Positions 21,995-32,109 of a stretch of 64,000 bases of DNA are shown in pieces. A model generated the notes under the pieces. It had not been told where the DNA came from. It saw nothing but the letters and a program-made list of their open reading frames with translations, and did not search any database. Position 1 is the first letter of the stretch; the number at the start of each line of letters is the position of its first letter. The DNA is from Armatimonadota bacterium. GTDB taxonomy: Bacteria > Vulcanimicrobiota > JACPDS01 > JBDRKI01. The stretch lies in contig JBDRKI010000037.1 of the NCBI GenBank assembly GCA_043814095.1, positions 28,032 through 92,031 of the forward strand, in the 5' to 3' direction. The position numbers were made by a program, and so were the translations under genes.

Positions 21995-24034
21995 GTGAGA
22001 GGAATATTTTTTAAAAAACAAAATACGTTTTCTCTGTTTGCCTTTATTATAATTTTAAGCATGTTATTGTTGGTTCTTAATAACTGCGGCGGAGGGGCTT
22101 CTTCAGGTTCTGCTTCCGTAAGTTCGGTTTCTTCAGCCGATACATCTCTTGATAATATTCAAACAGGCTCATTCAGAGCTGAGATTCTATGGCCGGAAAG
22201 AGCGGGCAGTAAACTAATTCCATCAGATACCCAGCAGGTAGTTTTTACCGTAAGCGGACAGGGTTTAACAACCGAAAGAACCGAAAGGATAGTCTACGGG
22301 ACAACAACAGTTACTTTCGAGGAGCTGCCTGTCGGGACAAAAACAGCCGAGGTAAAAGCAATAAACGGCGAAGGAACAACTCTTGCTCACAGAATAGTTG
22401 ATTTTGTCGTAAGTTCCGGTCAGACCGCGACTTCCAGCATTATATTAGGGGTCTCAATAACTTCAACAGGCTATATCCCGCAGAATATAACTATATCCGC
22501 TAATGATACATTATACTGGGTTAACTCAGACAGCACAGGGAGCCATCAGATTATATCCGTAGGCGGCAAATTTACAAACTCAGGAAGCTTGGCTTACGGA
22601 CAGTCATATAATTACCAGTTCACAACAGTAGATACCTGTGAATATTATGATAACGGCAACCATACTTTAAGGGGAAGCGTTATTGTAGAAGCAGAACCGT
22701 ATATTGATTCTCTAATCGTTTCCACAGGGACTGTCGGAACGGCTGTTACGATAAACGGAGGAAATTTCGGGTCCTCGCAGGGCACATCAACCGTTACATT
22801 TAACGGTATAACCGCTTCAAATATTACAAGCTGGTCAAGCACGCAGATTCAGTGCACCGTGCCGGCTTACGCGACAAGCGGGAATGTCGTGGCAACCGTG
22901 GGCGGGCAGGCAAGTAACGGCATATCATTTACCATGAATACACCTTCAATTACAACCCTAAGCATTGATACCGGTATAGTAGGAGCTTCTGTCACGATAA
23001 CAGGCACTAATTTCGGGAGTGCCCAGGGTTCATCAACCGTCACCTTCAACGGTGTTTCAGCTTCAATAACAAGCTGGTCTAATACACAGATTGTCTGTAC
23101 CGTTCCTAGCTGTACTACAGGAGATGTTGTTGTAACGGTTGCGGGCAACGCTTCAGACGGAAGTTCATTCACTCCCGCAACGGGCTGGACAGCACAGACA
23201 AGCGGTGTGTCGGGCTGGCTTAACGGCATTATATTTACCGATGCAAATAACGGCTGGGCGACGGGAACACAGGATTGTTTAAGAACAACAAACGGCGGTA
23301 CTAACTGGACTACGGTTTATAGTATAGGAGGAGCCACTTTTTATACTATTTACGCGTTAAATAATCTAAAGGCATGGGCAGGCGGAAGTAAAGAGAATTG
23401 TTATTATACCACAGATGGCGGCTCAAACTGGACAGGTGTATGGGTTAACACATATCATATAACTACAATTTTTATGATCAATGAAAATATAGGGTGGCTG
23501 GCATGTAATGATTACGGACAGACAGTTAAAAGAACCGGGGGCGCTGGAACCAGCTGGTCTAATGTTTATGATGCAGGTTCGTACCGTATAAAATCAATTC
23601 ATGCCGAGAATGTAAATCAGGTATGGGGTGTCGGTACAAGCGGAAGAATTATTTATTCATCAAATAGCGGCTCAAGCTGGACAGTACAGACAAGCGGTAC
23701 GGCATATAATCTTTACAGTGTCTGGTTTACGGATACAAGCAACGGCTGGGCCGTAGGAGAAGCAGGCACTATAATTCATACAATAGACGGGGGAAGTAAC
23801 TGGGCATCCCAGACAAGCGGTACGAACGAATGTTTATACGGCGTATGTTTTGTTGATTCCAGCCACGGCTGGGCGGTAGGCGGCGGCGGCACGGTTATAT
23901 ATACCACCGACGGAGGCACTACATGGACAGCCCAGGCAAGCGGCACGGTGAAAAGTTTAAGAAGTGTCAGCTTTGTTGATATAACTCACGGATGGGTATC
24001 GGGTGAGAGCGGAACAATCCTTTATTACTATTAA
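21995..24034 (+). CDS. Lipoprotein: Ig-like + cupredoxin-like + 2x IPT/TIG + YCF48/BNR beta-propeller (paralog 1)
   Basis: LNNCGGG lipobox-like; G.NFGSSQGTSTVTFNG x2; T.DGG..W repeats. Confidence 0.85.
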   Translation: MRGIFFKKQNTFSLFAFIIILSMLLLVLNNCGGGASSGSASVSSVSSADTSLDNIQTGSFRAEILWPERAGSKLIPSDTQQVVFTVSGQGLTTERTERIVYGTTTVTFEELPVGTKTAEVKAINGEGTTLAHRIVDFVVSSGQTATSSIILGVSITSTGYIPQNITISANDTLYWVNSDSTGSHQIISVGGKFTNSGSLAYGQSYNYQFTTVDTCEYYDNGNHTLRGSVIVEAEPYIDSLIVSTGTVGTAVTINGGNFGSSQGTSTVTFNGITASNITSWSSTQIQCTVPAYATSGNVVATVGGQASNGISFTMNTPSITTLSIDTGIVGASVTITGTNFGSAQGSSTVTFNGVSASITSWSNTQIVCTVPSCTTGDVVVTVAGNASDGSSFTPATGWTAQTSGVSGWLNGIIFTDANNGWATGTQDCLRTTNGGTNWTTVYSIGGATFYTIYALNNLKAWAGGSKENCYYTTDGGSNWTGVWVNTYHITTIFMINENIGWLACNDYGQTVKRTGGAGTSWSNVYDAGSYRIKSIHAENVNQVWGVGTSGRIIYSSNSGSSWTVQTSGTAYNLYSVWFTDTSNGWAVGEAGTIIHTIDGGSNWASQTSGTNECLYGVCFVDSSHGWAVGGGGTVIYTTDGGTTWTAQASGTVKSLRSVSFVDITHGWVSGESGTILYYY

Positions 24035-24042
24035 GGGTATAT

Positions 24043-26085
24043 ATGAGAAATATTTTAAAATATACAAAGAGTAAACAGTTGCTGTACTTATGTCTTTCTG
24101 CTGTTATTTTAAGTTGTGTTTTTTCTCTATGTGCGGGATGCGGTAGTAATACCGTACAAACATTGCCGGTATCCGAAAATAATAATGTTTCTCTTGATAG
24201 TACCCAATCTACTGCAGGGGGAGATGTAAGAGTTAAGATTTACTGGCCCGAAAAGGCGGTTAAGAATAAATTAATACCTTCATCCACTCAAAGCATAATT
24301 TTTACGGTAAGCGGTCAGGGGTTAGACAGTGAAAGAATTACGGTTATCCCGTACGGCACAACGGAGACAACAATAGAAAATCTTCCGTCTGGGAATAAAA
24401 CTCTTAAAATTAAAGCGGTAAACGGAAGCGGCGCGACTTTGGCTCACAGGATTGTCGCTTTTGTTGTAAATTCGGGACAAACGACAAACATCAGCGCCAT
24501 ACTGGGTGTTTCAATAACTTCAACAGGATTTATCCCGCAGAATATAACCATATCTGCCAATGATACTTTATACTGGGTTAATTCGGATGATTCCGCCAGC
24601 CATAAGATTATATCCGACGGAGGCGGGTTTCCCGACTCCGGTGTGCTGGCATACGGGGAATCTTATAATCATCAGTTTACCGCCGCGGACACATATAATT
24701 ATTACGATAACGGCAATCATGCTTTAAGAGGCAGTGTAATTGTAAAAGGCGCGCCTACTATTACTTCTTTAAGTACTTCAACAGTTACATTCGGTACGGC
24801 AGTTACAATAAACGGTACTAATTTCGGGGGCTCTCAGGGCACTTCAACAGTTACATTTAACGGTACAACGGCAACAAATATTACAAGCTGGTCAGGCACA
24901 CAGATCCAGTGTACGGTACCGGTTAATGTGACAAGCGGGAATGTTGTAGTAACAGTTGATAATCAGGCAAGCAACGGTTCCGCGTTTACAATAAATACGC
25001 CTTCTATTTCAGGCTTAAATGTTGATACGGGCATGGTGGGCGGTTCCGTTACAATAACAGGCACTAATTTCGGATCATCTCAAGGCACATCAACAGTTAC
25101 CTTTAATAGCGTTTCAGCTTCAATAACAAGCTGGTCAAATACGCAGATTGTCTGTACTATACCAAGCACAACTACGGGTAATGTGATTGTAACGGTAGCG
25201 GGCAACACTTCAAATGGAGTCAGTTTTACGGTTTCAAGCGGCTGGACAGCTCAGACGAGCGGGGTAACTTCTACTATAATGCAGATTGTTTTTCTTGACG
25301 CGAGCAACGGCTGGGCGGCCGGAGGAAGTTATTGTTTTAAAACCGTAAACGGAGGCAGTAACTGGACTGCATATAATATAGGGGGGTATGCGCTTCAGAG
25401 TATTTCGGCGGTAAGCACCCAGAAAGCATGGGCAGTGGGTTCTCCGAGGAATTTTCCTTACACAACAAACGGAGGTTCCTCCTGGTCATACGGCGATTTA
25501 TGGGCTTACAATTCAGTCGAGATATTTATGATTAATGAAAGTATCGGCTGGGTAACATATGATTACGGCAGGAACTTTAGAAAAACGAGTAATGGCGGAG
25601 CTAACTGGTCTTTTATTTATGATGCCAACCCTTATTACATATACTCGCTTCATGCCGAAAATACAAGCCAGATCTGGGGCGCGGGTTCAGGCGGCAGGAT
25701 TGTTTATTCCTCAAACGGCGGTAGCGGTTGGTCAGCCCAGACAAGCGGCACTACAAATTCTCTTTATTGCATCTGGTTTACCGATGTAAATAACGGCTGG
25801 GCGGTAGGTGAAGCAGGCACAATACTCCATACCGTAAACGGCGGCACAAACTGGTCAACCCAGACAAGCGGCACGAACCATCCTTTATACGGTGTCTGTT
25901 TTGTTGATTCCACCCACGGCTGGGCGGTGGGCGCAAGCGGCATAATTCTATATACCACGGACGGAGGCAGTAACTGGATATCCCAGACAAGCGGTACATT
26001 CAGGAGTTTAAAAAGCGTAAGTTTTATTGATATAACTCACGGATGGGTATGCGGTGAAGGCGGTGTAATCCTTTACTATAATTAA
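24043..26085 (+). CDS. Lipoprotein with IPT/TIG and YCF48/BNR propeller (paralog 2)
   Basis: CAGC lipobox; same architecture as neighbours. Confidence 0.85.
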   Translation: MRNILKYTKSKQLLYLCLSAVILSCVFSLCAGCGSNTVQTLPVSENNNVSLDSTQSTAGGDVRVKIYWPEKAVKNKLIPSSTQSIIFTVSGQGLDSERITVIPYGTTETTIENLPSGNKTLKIKAVNGSGATLAHRIVAFVVNSGQTTNISAILGVSITSTGFIPQNITISANDTLYWVNSDDSASHKIISDGGGFPDSGVLAYGESYNHQFTAADTYNYYDNGNHALRGSVIVKGAPTITSLSTSTVTFGTAVTINGTNFGGSQGTSTVTFNGTTATNITSWSGTQIQCTVPVNVTSGNVVVTVDNQASNGSAFTINTPSISGLNVDTGMVGGSVTITGTNFGSSQGTSTVTFNSVSASITSWSNTQIVCTIPSTTTGNVIVTVAGNTSNGVSFTVSSGWTAQTSGVTSTIMQIVFLDASNGWAAGGSYCFKTVNGGSNWTAYNIGGYALQSISAVSTQKAWAVGSPRNFPYTTNGGSSWSYGDLWAYNSVEIFMINESIGWVTYDYGRNFRKTSNGGANWSFIYDANPYYIYSLHAENTSQIWGAGSGGRIVYSSNGGSGWSAQTSGTTNSLYCIWFTDVNNGWAVGEAGTILHTVNGGTNWSTQTSGTNHPLYGVCFVDSTHGWAVGASGIILYTTDGGSNWISQTSGTFRSLKSVSFIDITHGWVCGEGGVILYYN

Positions 26086-26088
26086 GGA

Positions 26089-28161
26089 TTGAAAATATTT
26101 ATGATGAAAAAGTTAAAAAATATAAAACAAAGATATTTATTACGGCTTTGTGCGGCAGTAATTATACTTTGCTTTGTCTTTTCATTAAGTGCGGGATGCA
26201 GTTCAAATACGGCTGATACTTTACCTGGCTCTGAAAACAGCATAGCATCTGCTTCAGTTGACGGTACGGTATTATACGGTGAAGGAGATGTAAGGGTTAA
26301 GGTTTACTGGCCTGAGAAAGAGATTAAGAGTAAATTAATACCTTCAAATACACAGCATATACTTATTACAATAAGCGGGCAGGGATTAACTACCGACAGG
26401 GAAGCGCAGATTCCCTACGGCACGACCGAAGCCACAATAGAAAACCTGCCTGCCGGAAATAAAACCGCCGAGATCCAAGCTGTGGCAGGGAGCGGTTCGA
26501 TTTTAGCTCACAGGTTTGTTGATTTTGTTATAAGTTCCGGCCAGACAACGGATGTCAGCGCCATATTAGGTGTTTCAATAACCGCAGATGGCTATATTCC
26601 CCAGAATATTACCATATCGCCTAATGATACATTATACTGGATAAATTCAGACAGTGCGGCAAATCATCAGATTATATCCGTGGGGGGCAAATTTACCAAT
26701 TCGGGCAATCTGGCATACGGGCAATCATATAATTATCAGTTTACAACCGCTAATACCTGTGAATATTATGATAATGCGGATCCTTCCATAAGAGGCAATG
26801 TAATAGTAAAGGCTTCACCGTATATTGATTCAATAAGCCCGTCTTCGGGGACGATAGGCACTTCTGTTACGATAAACGGGGGGAATTTCGGGTCCTCGCA
26901 GGGCACATCAACCGTTACTTTTAACGGAGTAACCGCAACCAGCATAAGCAGCTGGGGTAATACGCAGATAACATGTACGGTTCCTACTTATTCAACTACA
27001 GGTACTGTAATTGTAACGGTAGCAGGACAAGCCAGCAATGCCCAGAGCTTTACAATGAGCATTCCTTCCATTTCAGGTTTAAGTGTTGATAACGGGGCGA
27101 TAGGCACTTCCGTTACCATAAACGGAAATTATTTCGGGTCAACCCAGGGAACATCAAAAGTTACATTTAACGGTATAACCGCATCAATTACAAGCTGGGG
27201 TAATACTCAGATAATATGTACTGTTCCTGATGCGACAACAGGCAATGTAGTTGTTACCGTGAGCGGTAATGCCTCAAACGGGGTTGCTTTTACAGTGAAC
27301 AACAGCTGGTCAGCCCAGGCAAGCGCTATAACGGGTGATGTTAGAAGTATTATATTTACCGATGCAAACAACGGCTGGGCGGCGGGACTTCAATATTGTG
27401 TAAGAACTACAAACGGCGGTACTGACTGGACTACGGTTTACGATTTAGGGGGCGGTACTACTCTTTATACTATTTCGGCATTAAATAATATGAGGGCATG
27501 GACAGCCGGAAGTCCCACTAATTGTTATTATACCACAGACGGCGGTTCAAGCTGGACAGGTGTATGGTTTAATACATCTAGTGCCAGTTCGGTCTTTATG
27601 ATTAATGAAAATATCGGCTGGATGTCCTGCGGCTGGGAATATGGACAGACAGTTAAAAAAACCAGTAACGGGGGGGCTAGCTGGTCTAATATTTACGATG
27701 CAGGCGCGTACCGTATAAAATCAATTCATGCCGAGAATGCAAATCAGGTATGGATGGTCGGTACAGGCGGCAGGATTCTTTATTCATTAGACGGTGGTAG
27801 TAGTAGGGCGGTACAGACAAGCGGCACTGCAAATAACCTGTGGAGTGTCTTCTTTACCGATACAAGCAACGGCTGGGCGGTAGGCGATTCAGGCACGATT
27901 CTTCATACTTCAAACGGCGGATCTTCCTGGTCAGCACAGACAAGCGGCACGGCACAGCATTTATACGGTGTCTGCTTTGTTGATTCTGACTGGGGCTGGG
28001 CGTGCGGCGCGAACGGCACAATCCTTTATACCAGCAACGGCGGTACAAACTGGTCAGCCCAGACAAGCGGTACGGCACAGCATTTATACGGAATAAATTT
28101 TGTTGATGTAACTCACGGCTGGTGCTGCGGCGCAAGCGGCACTATCCTTTATTATCATTAA
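26089..28161 (+). CDS. Lipoprotein with IPT/TIG and YCF48/BNR propeller (paralog 3); start probably ATG 26101/26104
   Basis: SAGC lipobox; same architecture. Confidence 0.85.
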   Translation: MKIFMMKKLKNIKQRYLLRLCAAVIILCFVFSLSAGCSSNTADTLPGSENSIASASVDGTVLYGEGDVRVKVYWPEKEIKSKLIPSNTQHILITISGQGLTTDREAQIPYGTTEATIENLPAGNKTAEIQAVAGSGSILAHRFVDFVISSGQTTDVSAILGVSITADGYIPQNITISPNDTLYWINSDSAANHQIISVGGKFTNSGNLAYGQSYNYQFTTANTCEYYDNADPSIRGNVIVKASPYIDSISPSSGTIGTSVTINGGNFGSSQGTSTVTFNGVTATSISSWGNTQITCTVPTYSTTGTVIVTVAGQASNAQSFTMSIPSISGLSVDNGAIGTSVTINGNYFGSTQGTSKVTFNGITASITSWGNTQIICTVPDATTGNVVVTVSGNASNGVAFTVNNSWSAQASAITGDVRSIIFTDANNGWAAGLQYCVRTTNGGTDWTTVYDLGGGTTLYTISALNNMRAWTAGSPTNCYYTTDGGSSWTGVWFNTSSASSVFMINENIGWMSCGWEYGQTVKKTSNGGASWSNIYDAGAYRIKSIHAENANQVWMVGTGGRILYSLDGGSSRAVQTSGTANNLWSVFFTDTSNGWAVGDSGTILHTSNGGSSWSAQTSGTAQHLYGVCFVDSDWGWACGANGTILYTSNGGTNWSAQTSGTAQHLYGINFVDVTHGWCCGASGTILYYH

Positions 28162-28177
28162 ATTAACGGGGTGTATT

Positions 28178-29170
28178 ATGATACATAAAAGAAAAATAAT
28201 TGCATACATAATCTGTATCATCTCTCTTTTATTTGCCGCGGGCATTATAGCCGGCTGCGGGGGGGGAAGCGGATCATCCGGTGGCGGAGGGACCTCGGCA
28301 ACGGCAGTTGTAAATAATCCCACTTCCCCGGTTACTCCTGTTGAGTATGGCACGCTTGAGGTATGGGCATATGAGGATACAGAGAGCACTAAAGGCACTC
28401 GGCCTCTGCGCGGCGCTCTGGTTACGGTTGTAGGTGCGGGAAGTAAATGGGCTTATACGGATTCTGCAGGGTATGCAAGAATAATAGATATAGAAACAGG
28501 AAGCTATTGTGTGACAATTACAAAAGCGGGTTATGATTCATATTCAAACATGGTTACGATAAGCACTAATTTAACCTCTGCGGTAGGCACAAACGAAGCT
28601 CCTGTGGCACTGGGATTATCCACGAATCCTGCTGTTGCAAATGTTACACCTACCAAGGCGCTGGTAGGTAATGAGGTTGTAATAAGCGGTGTTAATTTCG
28701 GTACTGAAGAAGGCACGGTTAAATTTATTGATCCTGTATATAATAAAGAGAAAAATCTTACGGTAATTACATGGTCAGATACCGAGATTATATGCGAGAT
28801 GGTTGCCGGTGTTTCCAGCGGCTATATATATGTTTATAACAGTTCAAATGATATAAGCAGGCCGGTTAAAAATGTTAAATCTGGTCCGAGTATAAATCTT
28901 ATCGCGAACCTGACGAGAAATACATCTAATTCGGGTTCTATAAGTGATGTTGTTATGATTCACGGGAGCGGTTTCGGTGATGACGCCACAGCCGTAAGTA
29001 TAGCATTTAACGGTACATCAGCAGTGGTTACAAACTGCAGTCCTTACCAGCTAGTCTGTTCCGTGCCTTCCGGTGCCGCAACAGGCAACGTAGTGGTAAC
29101 GGCTTCAGGGGCCTCATCAACAGGGTTATCATTTACGGTAAACGGCAATGCAGATGTTACTGTACAGTAA
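28178..29170 (+). CDS. Lipoprotein with carboxypeptidase-regulatory-like domain and 2x IPT/TIG
   Basis: IAGCGGG lipobox; PLRGALVTV...TDSAG...G.Y...I.K.GY; IPT motifs. Confidence 0.8.
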   Translation: MIHKRKIIAYIICIISLLFAAGIIAGCGGGSGSSGGGGTSATAVVNNPTSPVTPVEYGTLEVWAYEDTESTKGTRPLRGALVTVVGAGSKWAYTDSAGYARIIDIETGSYCVTITKAGYDSYSNMVTISTNLTSAVGTNEAPVALGLSTNPAVANVTPTKALVGNEVVISGVNFGTEEGTVKFIDPVYNKEKNLTVITWSDTEIICEMVAGVSSGYIYVYNSSNDISRPVKNVKSGPSINLIANLTRNTSNSGSISDVVMIHGSGFGDDATAVSIAFNGTSAVVTNCSPYQLVCSVPSGAATGNVVVTASGASSTGLSFTVNGNADVTVQ

Positions 29171-29208
29171 TAAAAAAGATAGGATAAATTAAAAAGCGGT
29201 AAAAAGGT

Positions 29209-30150
29209 ATGAGAAAAATATTTTTAGTTTTATTAAGTTGTATGTTTTTCGCTTATGGATGCGGGGGTGGAGGTATTTCTGGTAGTTCTACGCCTGCCGT
29301 AAGCAGTGATAATTCAACGGGTTTGTTTTGCTGTAAAATAAACTGGCCGGAGAAAGATTCATCTTCCGGTTCCCGCTATATTTCATCTTCTACTTCCACT
29401 ATTAATATTACTATTACCGGAGACGGCATAACAGGTTCAATGACAAAGTCAGTGGCTTACGGGAGTTCGGAGATACTGGTTTATTCCGTGCCGGTGGGGA
29501 ATAAGCAGGCTACCCTGTCCGCAGTAAATTCCAGCGGTACGGTTTTATCGCACAGGATTGTAAATTATATTCAGGCAGGCGGTCAGATAACGTCTGTACA
29601 GGCGAATATGGGAGTAACGGTAAAAGATAATGAAGTTATCCCTTCTTCTATGACTATCCCTGTCAGTACGAGTTTAACATTTAAAAATAACGGCAGCAAA
29701 AGTTATTCTATAAAGATTACTCCTCCTAACGCGGGAACGGTAACTACAAATTATATAGTTACAAACGCTTCTTTTACATATGCTTTTAATACTGCAGGCA
29801 CTTATACGGGTTATGTGGTAGAAGAACCTGCACTGACATTTACCATTACGGTAACGGATGACCCACAGCCGTATTCAGGGCCTCTTGCTATTAACGCATT
29901 GGTACCTTCAAGCGGATCAGTAGGGACTACGGTAAATATTATAGGTTCGGGGTTCGGTTCCGTTCAAGGGACGAGCACGGTTACATTTAACGGTACGGCT
30001 GTAACCCCTATCTCTTGGAGCCCTTACCAGATAGTATGCCTGGTGCCTTCGGGCGCATCTACGGGCAATGTAGTAGTTACGGTAAGCGGTACGGCTTCAA
30101 ATGCGGAAGCATTTACAGTAACAGGGGGCTGGACGCCTACTGTGCAGTAA
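29209..30150 (+). CDS. Lipoprotein with Ig-like, cupredoxin-like and IPT/TIG domains (no propeller)
   Basis: AYGCGGG lipobox; INWP...SHRIV scaffold shared with 21995-28161. Confidence 0.8.
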   Translation: MRKIFLVLLSCMFFAYGCGGGGISGSSTPAVSSDNSTGLFCCKINWPEKDSSSGSRYISSSTSTINITITGDGITGSMTKSVAYGSSEILVYSVPVGNKQATLSAVNSSGTVLSHRIVNYIQAGGQITSVQANMGVTVKDNEVIPSSMTIPVSTSLTFKNNGSKSYSIKITPPNAGTVTTNYIVTNASFTYAFNTAGTYTGYVVEEPALTFTITVTDDPQPYSGPLAINALVPSSGSVGTTVNIIGSGFGSVQGTSTVTFNGTAVTPISWSPYQIVCLVPSGASTGNVVVTVSGTASNAEAFTVTGGWTPTVQ

Positions 30151-30214
30151 ATAAAAATTAGAAATTGCGAATTTCTGCCGGACATCCGGGATAAAATAGC
30201 TAAGGAGCAGAACA

Positions 30215-31012
30215 ATGGTTGATAATTATTTTAAAAGCGGATTTTTTGTGCGAGAAGTTAAAAATGATGATGCAGAAGGGACAATTTTTTATATCCACGG
30301 ACTGGGCGAGTCAGGACTTTGTTTTGAAGAGCTTATGACTGACACTAGGATAAATAAGTGGAACCACATCTCACTGGATATACCTGGGTACGGCAAATCG
30401 CCACGGGAAGAGAATCCTCTTAGTTTTAAACAGATGGTAAGTCTTTTTTCAAAATGGATTAAGAAAAACATAAAAGAGCCGGTTGTCCTGCTGGGCCATT
30501 CCATGGGAGGGGTAATCGGCACTATCTTATGTGAGAAACACCCCGGTCTTATCAAAGCCTTTATAAATGTTGAGGGAAACTTATCTTTACAGGACTGTAC
30601 TTTCAGCTGGAAAGCCGCGGAATATACCCTTCCAGAGTTCAAAGAGGGCGGTTTTGAGAACATGTGCAACATTATTTACAAAGCAGGTATTAAAGAAACA
30701 TCTTTAAGAGGTTATTATGCCAGCCTGCGCATGTGTGATATAAACGCTTATTACAAAAACAGCTTAGAGCTTGTGGAATTATCCAAAAAAGAACAGCTTG
30801 CAGAGCGTCTTTTTAAATTAAAGATACCTGTATCATATATACTTGGCCACCCGGGCGGGGTAGGCGAGTATTCCAGATCTCTTCTTTCCCGAGCGGGTAT
30901 TAAATATCATGTTATTGAAGGCGCGGGACACTGGCCTTTAACCGATCAGCCGGATAAGTTTATAGAGAATATATCTTCCTTTCTGAATTCGGTAGATACT
31001 TGCAGGTTATAA
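30215..31012 (+). CDS. Alpha/beta hydrolase
   Basis: IHGLG, DIPGYG.S, GHSMGG nucleophile elbow, AGHW. Confidence 0.9.
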   Translation: MVDNYFKSGFFVREVKNDDAEGTIFYIHGLGESGLCFEELMTDTRINKWNHISLDIPGYGKSPREENPLSFKQMVSLFSKWIKKNIKEPVVLLGHSMGGVIGTILCEKHPGLIKAFINVEGNLSLQDCTFSWKAAEYTLPEFKEGGFENMCNIIYKAGIKETSLRGYYASLRMCDINAYYKNSLELVELSKKEQLAERLFKLKIPVSYILGHPGGVGEYSRSLLSRAGIKYHVIEGAGHWPLTDQPDKFIENISSFLNSVDTCRL

Positions 31013-31082
31013 CAAAGGTATTTTCCGGTAAATATAGAAAATACTGTAAAATAACACTTTTTTATATTCCGGAGGATAAAAT

Positions 31083-32102
31083 ATGTCCAGAAAAATCCTT
31101 TTTACCGTTATTTCCCTTTTTATTCTTGTATTTTGTATGCAGTTAAGCCTCTATGCGGATAAGGATATAATTGATGCCGGCCTTCAAATTACAAGTCCCG
31201 CTCAGGGGGCTTCTTTTGAGCCGGGGCAGGACTGTGTAATAAACGTAACTATGAATAAGGATGCCGCTCAGACTGCAAAAAGTTTATTAATCCGGTTTAC
31301 CCAGAATAACCGCATAACAGATAAATTAATAGAGGAAGGCATTCAACCTCTTACTCAAGTTACAATACATATTCCTTCTAACATATCAGCGGGGCCGGTG
31401 GAGATTTATGTCCAGCTTAATTCGGATAGTGAGCTTAAAAATAATATAGCAAAGCAAACTGTAAATATTATTAAAGAAAAACCGGATGTAGATATAGAAA
31501 TAACAGAACCTGTAAAAGACGCAAAATTTTGTGCCGGTGAAGATATTAAAATTAATACAAAGATAAATTCTGAAGCTATAAGCGGGGTTAAATACATAGA
31601 GGTTAATCTGTGCAAAGATGATGAAGTTGTAGTTCGGGCAGAAATAGATAAGCCGCAGGAAAAGAATAATACTGTCTTACAGATTCCTAAGAACGCGAAA
31701 CCCGGTGATCTTTTTACGGTTAAAGCTGTAGCTATGCCGTGCAGGCATCTTTCTGATCATACGGCTAAGGTTGCCATAGGTATTAAAGAAATTGACGCGG
31801 AATTAAGACTTATAATGCCGGGTATGGGCGCTTCTATAAAACAGAGCGAAGAGTTTGAAATACAGTTCAGTATAAATGAAGATGCTTTGAAATTGGCGGA
31901 AAAAGTGCTTATTAAACTTAAAACCCCTGTAGATACAATTCTTTATACAAAGACAATAGATGATCCGCAGGCAATTAACAGTATTAGGGCAAAACTTAAA
32001 AAAAGAGATTATATGGGTGACGCTGATCTTTATATAACTTTAAGCCCGCATAAAGGTCTTAAGAATTATGAAGTTAAGCAAGTTATAAGAGTAATAGAAT
32101 AG
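31083..32102 (+). CDS. Secreted protein with three Ig-like repeats
   Basis: Signal peptide; three ~100-aa units starting (L/I)xI..P..GA.F. Confidence 0.75.
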   Translation: MSRKILFTVISLFILVFCMQLSLYADKDIIDAGLQITSPAQGASFEPGQDCVINVTMNKDAAQTAKSLLIRFTQNNRITDKLIEEGIQPLTQVTIHIPSNISAGPVEIYVQLNSDSELKNNIAKQTVNIIKEKPDVDIEITEPVKDAKFCAGEDIKINTKINSEAISGVKYIEVNLCKDDEVVVRAEIDKPQEKNNTVLQIPKNAKPGDLFTVKAVAMPCRHLSDHTAKVAIGIKEIDAELRLIMPGMGASIKQSEEFEIQFSINEDALKLAEKVLIKLKTPVDTILYTKTIDDPQAINSIRAKLKKRDYMGDADLYITLSPHKGLKNYEVKQVIRVIE

Positions 32103-32109
32103 GAGGATT

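Noticed and set aside
21995-28161. Possible diversity-generating retroelement targets
   Set aside because: No reverse transcriptase or non-coding template repeat in the window, and differences are not adenine-specific
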